NCBI GenBank assembly: GCA_010909165.1
Contig: VJWM01000265.1
Span: 62,001-126,000 of the forward strand
DNA from: Anthoceros angustus
Taxonomy: Eukaryota > Plantae > Anthocerotophyta
Direction of reading: 5' to 3'
Length of the DNA stretch: 64,000 nucleotides
Each line of letters starts with the position of its first letter. The first letter of the stretch is position 1. The notes beneath the pieces were generated by a model. That model saw only the letters and a program-made list of their open reading frames with translations. It did no database searches and had not been told where the DNA came from. Of the stretch, positions 23,873-36,165 are shown one piece after another. Made by a program: the position numbers and the translations under genes.

Positions 23873-25481
23873 TTACAAGGTAGTCACATTGTTGACTGCT
23901 GCATTGCACTGCTGGGTTATGTTCACAGAGGGAGTGAGAATGCTTCCATCGAGGATCCTAGTTGCTATCAGCTCATTGAGTGCGTCAGTGGAGTGGATCC
24001 CATCCCACCAGATGTACTCAGAAGGATTACTGCACAGGATCGTGTTGCCTACTCCGCAGAACCCGGTCGCATTGAAGTTGTAACCGAAGTCGCCCGGAGA
24101 TCCGCAGCACAACAGGAATCCCTGCGTAAATCCTGATCCCCCAAACCACCCATGTCACAAGATGATGTATCGTGCAACACTTGATGAGCCGGGGACCAGC
24201 ACTGCGAGGACCTTACCGTACGCCTGCGGGTTTTGCTGCACGTTGTAGAAGAGCGTGTAGATGTCCGCCTCCAAGATTACCATCTTCTTATAAGCGACCC
24301 GGAGCTCTTGGAGCGCCGCTGAGATGAGGGTGTTTATTTGAGTGACAAGGGAGTTCACCCCTTCCAAGCAGCCAGTTTCTGCGCTGTACGCAGCTTCAGG
24401 TCTATTCCGGATCGAGGAGTTGCTGAGCGCGACTGGAGTGCAGCCTACGGGAGGGACGTTCCACACTATGAACTCCCTGGCGCCAACGCCCTCGTGAAGC
24501 CTCTGCAGCGATCACAGATTTTATCACCCTTGAGCTGCATGGATCATGTGGAGCACCGGGGTTACATCTGAGTGGTTACCTCGACTGCTTGGGAGATGTT
24601 GCTGGCGATCTGAGGAGCGATGACTTCATTGAATGTCTGAAATGGCGTACTGAGAAACAGCTGGTAGAACACGTCATTTCCTCCAGCTTCTATGTGATAG
24701 AGCCCCTTTTTGCTGAAAGAAGACGGTGTAGGCACTGTGCCAGGCATTTCCAGTGTCCAGGCCAATTAAGGCAAGCGTCAGGAATGGCATCTCCAGAAGG
24801 AATCCGTGGTGCCCAACAAAAGAAGCGAGTCTACGCCACGCACCAGGGAATGGTATGCTCCCGTTCCGAGCTCTAGCTGCAAAGTCAAACATCTGATCCA
24901 CCTGTTCTGGCAGATTCCACGGGACAAAGACCGGGACAGGCTCGGTCTCGTTTCTGGCTGTGGCACCGGCAACAGCGAAGTTCACCCCGTGGGTGAAGTT
25001 GGCTCCGACTGCGCTGGCGTTGAGACTGTCGAAGTAGGGTGATAGCACTTGGTTGAAAAATGCCAGAGCTGCGAGCTCGCAGATTTACGACACAGCGATC
25101 ACACGAAATGAGGCAACGCACCACTCAACTTCGATCAGACGATGCATATGACAACAGTACAGTCAGCAATTGGACAACGCGGAAGTTCATCTTTCTGTTA
25201 CCAATCCAGTCGATCCCGAGCCTTCCATCGCTGAATCTGCCTGTAGGGTAACCAGGATATGTTTCTCCGTAAGGGGGGAAGTTGGAAGGGGTGTCGGGAA
25301 CCGCTCTGGCGAGCTCGCCTGTATCGGACAGCGAATTCCCGAACGCGAATATGGCTTTGGGGCAGATGAAGGTGAGGTTTTTCCGGAGTCCTGCTTGGGT
25401 GTGCAGGATTTGGACATCCTGGAAGCTGCCCGGCTGCACAGACAGAAGCAACAGGCCCAAGCAGAGCAGCAAGGACTCCAT
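23873..25481 (-). CDS. GDSL esterase/lipase 3 (5 exons; block I reads GNSL)
   Basis: MESLLLCLG signal peptide; FGNSLSDTG, PTGRFSDG, GVNFAVAGA, AGGND and WWDGIHST. Confidence 0.9.
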
Positions 25482-25659
25482 TCTGAGAGAAAATTCGAAG
25501 GCTGGTGGTTCGGCTGGTTGAGATACCTTGTACGGAGCCACCTGATGCTCTGCTTTGAAGCCTGCACCAGTGAATTCCCCAACGTGATGGCTTCACTCGA
25601 CATCGAACACGCGAGAGGAGGAAGCAGTGCAGTTCACACTCCACAGATGCATGTTGTCC

Positions 25660-26290
25660 GTGCCGGAACTCATTGCTATGAAGGCATGCCGGGACTCACT
25701 GCTACATGATGGCATGCCCGAACTCACTGCTATGAAGGCATGCCGCCACTCATTGCTATATCACGGCATGCCCGAACTCCCTGCTATGAATCTCGCGCAG
25801 AGACCACACACGAGGGAGGCCAGCAGGCCCAGGTGAAGTGGGGCGATTTTCGACTCTAAGACATCAAATAGTTACCCAACCGGGCTGTGAATGAAAGAAA
25901 GATTGTGGAAGAATGATTCCCCCTCCCAGCATTGATCCGTCCGCCCTACGGGGCGCGTAACCGGGGTGCTTAACTGTGGAGTTCTGATGTCATCCGGTGT
26001 ATGTGCACCCCAATTTTTGACGGCATGCCCGAACTCACTGCTATGAACGCCAGCCGATTCTCACTGCTATGAAAGCAAGCCGATTGTCACTGCTGTCAGC
26101 GCAAGCCGATTCTCAATGATATGAACGCATGCCGATTCTCACTGCTATTAACGCAAGCCGATTCTCACTGCTATTAACGCAAGCCGATTCTCACTGCTGT
26201 CAGTGCAAGCCGATTCTCAATGATCTGAACGCAAGCCGATTCTCACTGGTGTGAACGCATGCCGGAAGTCACTGGGATAAACGCGCTCGT
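25660..26290. repeat. Minisatellite, unit ~27-33 bp (GCATGCCCGAACTCACTGCTATGAA / GCAAGCCGATTCTCACTGCTAT)
   Basis: More than 12 copies visible; inverted copies at 26545-26740. Confidence 0.85.
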
Positions 26291-26417
26291 GTGCCGTGAA
26301 AACGGTTGTGGTTACGGTCTCTTGAAGTTCCCGGTGACGGTCTCATAAAGCTTCCGGTGACGGTCTCATAAGGCGTCCGGTGACGGTCTCTTGAAGACAA
26401 ACACGGAGCCGCCATTG

Positions 26418-29400
26418 GAGCACTCACAGGGACGGCATTAACTATGCGGCTACATTCTAGGATGATGACTTCATCACATTGTTAGTGATTGTGATTTAAT
26501 GACTTAGTGATGGTGATTTCTGAAGCTTTAAATGGTACACTTGCGCGTTCATCGCAGTGAGTTCTGGCATGCTTACATAGTGGTGATTTCCGTAGCTTAC
26601 ATAGTGGTGATTTCCGTAGCTTTCAAGACACACTTCCGGGTGACTTCCGGAATGCGTTTTTCTTCTTCGTTCAGAGTGGTGATTTCCGTAGCTTTCACGG
26701 CACACTAGAGGGTTCATCGCAGTGAGTTCCGGCATGCTTTCATAGTGGTGATTTTCGTAGTTTTCACGCGTAGGAGCTATTTGTACACACGAAGTAATGA
26801 GGCACATAACACGAGGCCGGCGCAAATGGTTTTGCCTTCGGCAACCCATATATCATGGGGCCATGCCCACTCGCACCCACTGCGCATGTCCACACCATCC
26901 CGCACACGTTACCGTTGGACGACAACAGCTCGCCGCGCCCGTTTGGACGCCCGTTCCACCAAACTCCGTCCCTAAGTTGTGCTAGGGCATAGTTATGCCA
27001 GGAAAACGAAAACGGGCGGGCAAGATGCTTTGGTTTCAAAACACATGTTAATCAAGCCTCCGGACCTTCCCCGCTCAATTACTCGAGTGTGTCACACCAA
27101 GCTAGCAATGTGCGTTGCTGAAAACGAAAACGGGCGGGCAAAACGCTTTGGTTTCAAAACACATGTTAATGAAAGCCTCCAGACCTTCCCCGCTCAATTA
27201 CTCGAGTGTGTCACACCAAGCTAGCAATGTGCGTTGCTGATCACACTATGGGAAGTGGTATGATGGTCCTTGTAGGCGCGGGAGGCGTGCGCGTACGAAA
27301 AGTGCTGCGATGGATTGATTAGTGCTTGAATGAAGTGTCATGGATTGATTAGGTGGGGACGGAAGCATGGATTGATTAGGTGTGGGGGCTTGTAGTTCAT
27401 CTCGAAAGTGTAAGTTTTCGTTCCTCCGGTGATTCACGAGAGTTGTGATTGCTTCACAGACATCATTTAATTAGCCTAATCTCGGAGCCGGTTAAGCATT
27501 TTGACGTCGGGTGTTATGCTACCTCTGTAGATGGCAAGGTTTCCTTATGAGATCCAGACTCCACCGCTGTGCATTTTCAAAATCGCTTGGAATGGCTGGA
27601 CACCATACATGTAGTTCAGAAATTGTGCAGAGGTGAAGACTGCTTACATTCCATGGGAAAGGGTTTCAGACTTCTTGACAGTGAGGAGCAAAATCCAATT
27701 TTTCCAACCAGGCTTGTGAAACACTGCATGCGGTCCAGGGCAAAGGCACGTAAGTATAATGTCCTGTCGCCAACCATACCAAAACAATACATAAGGTATT
27801 GCTGTGCGTATGGTTCCGTGATCGACAACCGCCTCCAAAGTGATGCACCCTTGGTGGATATGACTAATGTGCCAAAGTCCGGACCGAAGTCAAGGAGCAA
27901 GGTGGCTTGTGGGGAGAGCAGGAAAGTAGGTTGTGAGTTTGTGGTTGTTATTACTCAATTGGAGTTGTTTCAAGATATTGCTCAAACTGCTTTTGATCTG
28001 GCATCATGTGAATGCCTCTGGTGACTTTTGCCATGGATTGTTAGCAGCAGATGCAGCTCCCTCACGTGCTCTTGCTCCTTCTTTATCAGCAAGCAAGAGA
28101 GAATGGGTGAAGCACAAACTTTTGTGCAAAACCACTCCATACCAGATTTTATGTGATCACGAGAACGATGTCTATGTTAGGATGCAAGGGGATCCTAACG
28201 CTGTCTTACATAGAGATGATTTTCTCTTGCCTAAGGACATACGCAACTTGCAGGCTGAGTTGGATGCAAGGACTTGGAGACTCCATACCATTGATGAAGT
28301 CAGTGTCAAGCTATGGATTGACATCCACAGGGATATTGTTTTCTTCCACCACCGTGCTTGATGGAGGGCACACATTTTACTTTAGGGTTTCAAACAAGAT
28401 TCCGTGAGGAATGCATGCTTCATGGGGCATCAATCCATCATTTCAATGGATGCCACATTCGGCACCAACAAGTGGAAGGTTAGATTCTTTGCATTTCAAA
28501 CACAAGATTGTGGGATTCGGCTTCCTAACTCGCTTCTTTATTTTCAATTGTTCACTTTGCTGGTGTTCGATGATCACCGCAATGGCATACCGGCTGGGGT
28601 AGTGACCAACACCCATCGCAGAACACATGGCCATGTGGTTAACGGCTTTGCAAAGGAAATTGCAGTCACTACTTAGATTGGCATCCTACGGCTTTCCTTG
28701 TCGATGACGTGCAGGAGATAAAAGCAATCCGCAAGTATTTGGCAGCACAACTCTTGTGTTCCTCTGTCTATGGCATGTACGGCGTGGTTGCGCTCTTGAA
28801 GAAAGTCAAGTCCATAAGGGGCAGCCATGATGAAGGCCTTGGGAAATGTTATGTACATGGACATGGACTCAAGGAATGATCTAGCATCAGCCGATGAAGC
28901 TTCAAGAGTTTTACGAGGTGTATGGTGCCTCGGAAGCCGTTTTGTGCATTATTTTCAGCGGTGGGGATGTCATGGACATGTGGATAAAGGCGAAGGACTA
29001 TACCTCATGCCAAAGACGCAACTCTTGATCAAGCTTATCATCGTCACCTTAAGTACCGTTGTCTCCTCACAAAGAAGAATCTTCGTAGCACGACTGACGG
29101 CTTTTACATATCATCAGTGAACAGACATTTTGGTACCAAAGACAATGTAAGCGGAGTGGCATCATTAGGAATAATAAGCAAGAATAGGTAACTTATCAGA
29201 AGTGCACTGAACAAAGCATTGGAAATCCCAGAGTCCGATGTATCCCTACCTTGTCTTGGGGCAACCATATGCTATCGTGAGGAGCGAGAATGCAAAGAAG
29301 GACAAGGCTTATCATGTGTTTAACGGCTCTCCTTGGGGCAGCAGCATGCAAGATTTCATCTACAGGGTTTCTTTGTAAGCATCAAGTGAAGGTCATGATG

Positions 29401-31037
29401 CTCTTGCAGGAAGTAGTGCCACGAAACCCTTGTGGGTATATATGCATCAGTGGCTACTTCACAGAATCGTATAGACAAGCACCTCTATTTTCTGCCGGGA
29501 GGCTGAACTTTGTGGTAGTGTTCAAACGAGCTGACAATTGTGCATCGTCCTTTGTCACAAGTGGTGCTGGAACAAATGGGATTACGAGAGCTCCTGCCCC
29601 GCCAAATGAACTTAGCAACTGTTTGGGAAAACATATCAAGTTTAGTGCAGAGGAAACCTGGCATTGAGGCCCATGCAGTTGCACGATACAGGTGTGTTCC
29701 AGCAGTTAGAGGGTGTGGCTGCAGAAGCTGAGGAGAATAGTCTAATGCAGATTCCATACCTCTTGCCAATAGGCGAAGCGTCCGACAATAGCTTGAAGAG
29801 GAAGAAACCGTTTTGGGAAAACAGTCTATCATGGAAACTACCTCCGAAGGCAAAGCGCCCTACATTTGCTGAACAAGCTGCAGGGAAGGCTGCCATCAGT
29901 GAATCGATTATGTAGAAATGCCGATCCTTGCCGATTGTGCAAAGGCTGGCCACGTTTTTCTCTTTGCTCACTCACCTGCAAACGCGATTGTCGCAATCCA
30001 TCTTACAACCAGAACTCTGTTGTTTGGGGTCCAAAACACAATACAGACATATCATTCTGTAACCCCTGCATAGACCTTCCATTCAAGATATTGGGCACAG
30101 AAATCCGTGAACTGTGCATGCAAAATCAGCAAAACCTCCTGCTGCATTCTCGTTCTTGTGCATCTGTTTTTCAATGATACCGCAAGCATTTGGATGCCAA
30201 ACCAAAGTACAGACATATCATTCTGTAGCCCGTGCAGAGGGTTTCAATTCTAGATATTGGCCACGGCATTCTGCAAATAGTGCATGAAGCGATCTGGAAG
30301 AAACTTTCTGCTGCAATCTTGTTGTTATGCATCTGTTTTCCACCCATTCTTGGGGAGTTTGATGTCCGTTTTCGGCGAGACAAACCCTGAAAGATTCGCT
30401 TTCAAATGAGCTGTGAAACTAGACACCAAACATCAGCCAAGAATTTGATGGGAGCAAGCTTTCTCCCCAAAGGGTTAAGGCTGCGTGAATGCGTGGAAAG
30501 GCAGCGTGAATGCACAACCATACACTACCATTGTGCAGGCGCTGCAAACTGGATCACATTGCCATTGTGCACAAAACCTCCTTTCTGTCTCAATCCCGGG
30601 CCCCTTGAGTCCGTCGGTTGGAGGCGGGCGCAAGCGGCACCCAAGCACTGAAATGGATAGCAAGTAAGGGTCTTGATATTTCGAAACAAAACTAATCCCC
30701 TGGCATAAGTGTACCCTGGCACAACATAGGACGGCGTGTAAGGGAGCGGGCGTCCAAACGCGCACAGCTGTCCCAACCAGTAACGTGTGCGGGATGGTGT
30801 GGACATGCGCAGTGGGTGCGAGTGGGCATGGCCCCATGACATATGGGATGCCGAAGGCAAAACCATTTGCGCCGGCCTCGTGTTATGTGCCTCATTACTT
30901 CGTGTGTACCATGGCCAATAGCTCCTGCGAGCCTCAAGAGACCGTCACAGGATCACTAAATCACCATCACGAACAATGTGATGAAGTTGTTATTGTTGAA
31001 TGTAGCCACATAGGTAATGTCGTCCCCTTGAGTGCTC
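26418..31037 (+). mobile_element. Mutator-like (MULE) DNA transposon with long TIRs and a frameshifted SWIM-type transposase (~27570-29915)
   Basis: 26768-26957 is the inverted complement of 30742-30929, and 26418-26520 of ~30955-31037. Peptides ISMDATFGTNKWK, LFTLLVFDDHRNGIP and SWIM-like GFLCKHQ. Confidence 0.82.
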
Positions 31038-31984
31038 AGCACTAAGCCTCTAGACTTTAGGAGGCATTGCTATCACTGCCTCAATGCCCCACTTCCAGCT
31101 CAGTGTTGTTTCTTATGAAGAGTGGAAGAATTATATGCTTGCTTGCCTTGTGCAGTAGTCCGTGTGCAGGGCTTGCCTTATACAATTGTTGTCTCTTGGT
31201 TGATCTCAATAAATAAAGGAAGTTTGATTAGTTGCTAGAAGGGATTGCCCTCTACAATTGTTGTCATGAGGCTCAGTTGATCATGATTGATAAAGGAAGT
31301 TTTTAATCGGTTGTTAGAAACGAGCACCAACAAAGAGTTGGAATCGAAAGATTCATAGCTACCATCGAGACAATTGTCTACCAGGAGTCGAACCCTTGAT
31401 CGGTTGTTAGAAACTAGCGCCAACAAAGAGTTGGAATCCAAAGATTCATAGCTACCATCGAGACAATTGTCTACCAGGAGTCGAACCCTTGAGAATGTAG
31501 TTATCCTAACCCACAACAACAACAAATTAATATAAAATAAAATAAATATTTTTATATCTAAAATACTGGATTGAGACATTTGGCTGCAAAAGTTACAATA
31601 GTCCTGTTGTACATTTGGGTCTTGACAATGTGGAAGAATTGCTCTTAATAGAAGTTGTTCACAAAAAAGAATTGCTTGTAATGTCAAGCGTTATCTGCTT
31701 GCTTGCTTTGTACATTAGTCCGTATGAAGGGCTTGCCTTGTATAATTATACAATAGTTGCCTTGATTGACAAAGGAAGGATGCTTGCTAGAACTAACCAG
31801 CAAGAAAAAGATTCAAAGGAAGTCTGCTTGCCCTATAGAACTAACTGCAACAAGCAAAACATTCATGGGACCATCGACAAGCAAACAATTGTCTGCCAGG
31901 TGGATCATAATTGTTCCTCCGCCATATCACATCTCAACTAGAGCACGGGATTAGTGTCTTGAGCTTCTATGGTGACGACTTTCA

Positions 31985-32595
31985 AGTTCTCACTATGGAT
32001 GCTACCTTAGAACAGGGAGTTAGATACATATACTTCTGGTGTTTAGGGTCTGCATAAACCCCACCATAGTGAAAGTCCTCACTATAGATGCTACCTTAGA
32101 ATAGGGAGCTAGACACAGCTACTTCTGATGTTTAGGGTTTGCATAAACCTCGCCATAGTGAAAGTTCTCACTATGGATGCTACCTTCGAATAGGGAGCTA
32201 GACACAGCTACTTCTGATGTTTAGGGTTTGCATAAACCTCGCCATAGTGAAAGTTCTCACTATGGATGCTACCTTCGAATAGGGAGCTAGACACAGCTAC
32301 TTCTGGTTTTTAGGGTTTGCATAAACCTCGCTACAGTGAAAGTCCTCACTATGGATGCTAGCTTAGAATAGGGAGTTAGACACAGCTACTTCTGGTATTT
32401 AGAGTTTGCATAAACCCCAGCATAGTGAAAGTCCTCACTATGGATGCCACCTTAGGATAGGAGTCCTCACTATGGATGCTACCTCACTATGGATGCTACC
32501 TTAGAATAGGAGTCCTCACTATGGATGGTACCTTAGAATAGGGAGTTCTACATAGCTACTTCTGGTGTTTAGGGTTTGCATAAACCCCGCCATAA
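31985..32595. repeat. 89-bp tandem satellite (~6 units) containing TTTAGGG
   Basis: AAAGTTCTCACTATGGATGCTACCTT.GAATAGGGAGCTAGACACAGCTACTTCTGATGTTTAGGGTTTGCATAAACCTCGCCATAGTG; unit starts at 32072, 32161, 32250 and 32339. Confidence 0.92.
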
Positions 32596-32875
32596 TATGT
32601 TACTCCTAGGTTAGGGTTCTCTTCGATAGCGGCCTAGCTCAGCCTTGAGATCCTTCTGCTACTCTTTCCCTTATCTACAACTCCTTCCCTTATTTGGAAT
32701 TAAACAATTATCTGCTAAGATACGTGTTACTCCTAGGTTGGGGTTCTCTTCAATAGCGGCTTATTGTAGCAGCTTCGAAATCGTTAGGGTTCTCTTCTAT
32801 AGCGGCCTGGGGTAGATTAGAAATCCTTCTACTACTCTTTCCCTTATCTGGAATTTTTTTCAGCATGAAAAACAA

Positions 32876-32949
32876 TTATTTGCTAGGAGTCGAGCCCGAA
32901 TCCATTGCTTGGAAGGCAGTTATCCAAACCCTTCACACAAATAAGACTT
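32876..32949 (-). pseudogene. Decayed tRNA-Gly(TCC) copy
   Basis: Reverse strand GGTTTGGATAACTGCCTTCCAAGCAATGGATTCGGGCTCGACTCCTAGCA resembles plant tRNA-Gly(UCC); acceptor stem and T-loop are broken. Confidence 0.65.
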
Positions 32950-33431
32950 GATATTTTTTATAACTAAAATGCTGGATCCGAATGTCTCCGTACACATTTA
33001 GCTACAAATATTACTGTTATACATTTAGGTCCACTTACGGGAGTACCTTAACTTTTTAGTTTTGACCATGTAGAAGAATTGCTCTTAGTAATAGGTGTTC
33101 CTTAAAAAAAATTGCTCATGAGACTTTCAAACCAAGGTCCTCCAGAATCATGTTAGAATCATACGGATAATTCTTGCTGTCCCAATTGTGCAACAGGATT
33201 GACCAGCTTAAAGCAAGAAGCCTGAAACTGGATTGCTTTGAAAGCCAGATGATTTATATAGAGACGTTACTTATGCTAGATACCGCAGTTCATTGAAATT
33301 CAACGAATCGCCACACTCTCATTTAACATGGGTGTGGCATTCTTCCCCTAATTTTTGGCATGTTGCAAAACCTTTTTATCTGACCTTTTCATAACCCTGC
33401 GTCTATACTAGACGCGCATGGAGTACGAAGT

Positions 33432-35035
33432 TCATAGCAATTTGCTCACATTGAAATTGCACTGCTGGACTATGTCCAGAGACGGAGTGAGAATGGTTCC
33501 ATCGAGGATCGCATTTGCAATTACCCTGTTGAACGCGTCAGTATTGTGGATCCCATCCCACCAGATGTACTCAGAAGGATTACTGCACAGGACCGTGTTG
33601 CCTACTCCGCAGAACCCGGTCGCATTGAAGTTGTAGCCGAAGTCGCCCGGAGATCCGCAGCACACCAGGAATCCCTGCGTAAATCCTGATCCCCCAAACC
33701 ACCCATGTCACAAGATGATGTATCGTGCAACACTTGATGAGCCGGGGACCAGCACTGCGAGGACCTTACCGTACGCCTGCGGGTTTTGCTGCGCGTTGTA
33801 GAAGAGTGTGTAGATGTCCGCCTCCAAGATTACTATCTTCTTATAAGCGACCCGGAGCTCTTGGAGCGCCGCCGAAATGAGGGTGTTTGTTTGAGTGACA
33901 AGGGAGTTCACCCCTTCCAAGCAGCCAGTTTCTGCGCTGTACGCAGCTTCAGGTCTATTCCGGATCGAGGAGTTGCTGAGCGCGACTGGAGTGCAGCCTA
34001 CGGGCGGGACGTTCCACACTATGAACTCCCTGGCGCCAACGCCCTCGTGAAGCCTCTGCAGCGATCACAGATTTTATCACCCTTGAGCTGCATGGATCAT
34101 GTGGAGCACCGGGGTTACATCTGAGTGGTTACCTCGACTGCTTGGGAGATGTTGCCGGCGATCTGAGGAGCGATGACTTCATTGAATGTCTGAAATGGCG
34201 TACTGAGAAACAGCTGGTAGAACACGTCATTTCCTCCAGCTTCTATGTGATAGAGCCCCTTTTTGCTGAAAGAAGACGGTGTAGGCACTGTGCCAGACAT
34301 TTCCAGTGTCCAGGCCAATTAAGACAAGCATCAGGAATGGCATCTCCAGAAGGAATCCGTGGTTCCGAACAAAAGAAGCGAGTCTACCACCCACCAGGGA
34401 ATGGTATGCTCCCGTTCCGAGCTCTAGCTGCGAAGTCAAACATCTGATCCACCTGTTCTGGCAGATTCCACGGGACAAAGGTCGGGACAGGCTCGGTCTC
34501 GTTTCTGGCTGTGGCACCGGCAACAGCGAAGTTCACCCCGTGGGTGAAGTTGGCTCCGACTGCGCCGGCGTTGAGGCTGTCGAAGTAGGGTGATAGCACT
34601 TGGTTGAAAAATGCCAGAGCTGCGAGCTCGTAGATTTACGACACAGCGATCACACAAAATGAGACATCGCACCACTCAACTTCGATCAGAAGATGCATAT
34701 GACAACAGTACAGTCAGCAATTGGACGACGCAGAAGTGCATCTTTCTGTTACCAATCCAGTCGATCACGAGCCTTCCATCGCTGAATCTGCCTGTAGGGT
34801 AACCAGGATATGTTTCTCCGTAAGGGGGGAAGTTGGAAGGGGTGCTGGGAACCACTCTGGCGAGCTCGCCTATATCGGACAGCGAGTCCCCAAACGCGAA
34901 TATGGCTTTGGGGCAGATGAAGGTGAGGTGTTTCCGGAGTCCTGCTTGGGTGTGCAGGATTTGGACATCCTGGAAGCTGCCCGGCTGCACAGACAGAAGC
35001 AACAGGCCCAAGCAGAGCAGCAAGGCAGACTCCAT
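33432..35035 (-). CDS. GDSL esterase/lipase 4 (paralog of gene 3; 5 exons)
   Basis: FGDSLSDIG, PTGRFSDG, AGGND and WWDGIHNT; introns near-identical to gene 3. Confidence 0.9.
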
Positions 35036-35384
35036 TCTCAGAGAATTCGAAGGCTGGCGGTTTGGCTGGTTGTGATGCCCACTATGGAGCCACCCGATGC
35101 TCTGCTTTTAAGCCTGCACCAGTGAATCCCCCAACGTGGTAGGCTTCACACCACATCGATCACACGATAGGAGTAAGAAGTGCCGTTCGCATTACACAGA
35201 TGCTGTCTATGCCGAGACTCTCTGCCATGATCGTAGTGTGCCGTAAAAGCTACGGAAATCAACATCACTAAACATGTGAAGAAGTTATCATTGGTGAAGG
35301 AGCATCAAATTCTTGTGTGCCTTGCGAAGTCGACTGCCGTATAATCCAGTAACAACAACGTGGTTCAACAAGCCATTCGTCGCT

Positions 35385-35456
35385 ATACGCCTGCCAGGAT
35401 TCGAACCCGGGCATGGAGGTGGGAAGACAACTGTCCAAACCAACACTCCAGGCGAC
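35385..35456 (-). pseudogene. tRNA-Gly-like remnant or SINE head
   Basis: Reverse strand CGCCTGGAGTGTTGGTTTGGACAGTTGTCTTCCCACCTCCATGCCCGGGTTCGAATCCTGGCAGGCG. Acceptor stem CGCCTG/CAGGCG and an intact B box; anticodon stem unpaired. Confidence 0.45.
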
Positions 35457-35605
35457 AAACAGGCAACAAGCTTAGACGAGATCAAAAACATTCCCCTTGG
35501 GTGTGCAGATAGGTCATGGTGCTACTGCATGGTGCTACTGCTTCCGAGTCGAGCTCTTTGGAGAAAGCTCATCTGGTAGGCGTGCAGGACCAGCAATGGG
35601 CTTCG

Positions 35606-35750
35606 GGTGCAGCAGCGCAAGGAGTCCAGCACTTCCACTTCCGAGAAACTGTGGTGGGATGACAGAGAAGATAAGAACAGCTCCCGTTCGCCTGACTTCC
35701 CGCGTACGGGGTCCGGCGAGTTCTGGTGGTCAAACAACATGGGGTCGGAA
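35606..35750 (+). pseudogene. Remnant of the PDF-motif cassette of the PPR gene
   Basis: CSSARSPALPLPR then, in a shifted frame, LWWDDREDKNSSRSPDFPRTGSGEFWWSNNM; matches the PPR N-terminal repeat. Confidence 0.8.
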
Positions 35751-35919
35751 GGTGAGTCTAACAACAGACGATGCAGGATGCCAAGATACTGTGTATGACC
35801 ACACCAAACGGGCTGGCTCCGATGAGCCCGAGCCCAGTGGAGCCCCAGCCAGGAGGTTTGGGAGGAGGCATGAAATGACAAGCCAGGAGCAACAAGAAAC
35901 ACAAAAAACACCGATCCCC

Positions 35920-36165
35920 CACTCAAGGATATGAATGCTGTATCCCGCACTCAAGGATATGAATGCTGTATCCCGCACTCAAGGATATGAATGCTGTATC
36001 CCGCACTCAAGGATATGAATGCTGTATCCCGCACACAAGGACTAACTCTGCATCCCGCTCACAAGGATGAATGCTGCATCCCGCACACAAGGACGAACTC
36101 TGCGTTCTGCACACAAGGATGAACTCTGCGTCCCGCACACAAGGATGGACTCTGCATCCCGCACA
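35920..36165. repeat. 28-bp minisatellite, degrading to 26-27 bp units
   Basis: CACTCAAGGATATGAATGCTGTATCCCG x4 perfect, followed by degenerate copies. Confidence 0.92.

Noticed and set aside
31985-32595. 89-bp array as a CRISPR array or hammerhead ribozyme array (CTGATG plus a hairpin)
   Set aside because: No unique spacers, eukaryotic context, and the CUGAUGA..GAAA core is not correctly completed.
35920-36165. 28-bp repeats as CRISPR
   Set aside because: Head-to-tail with no spacers, and no cas genes.
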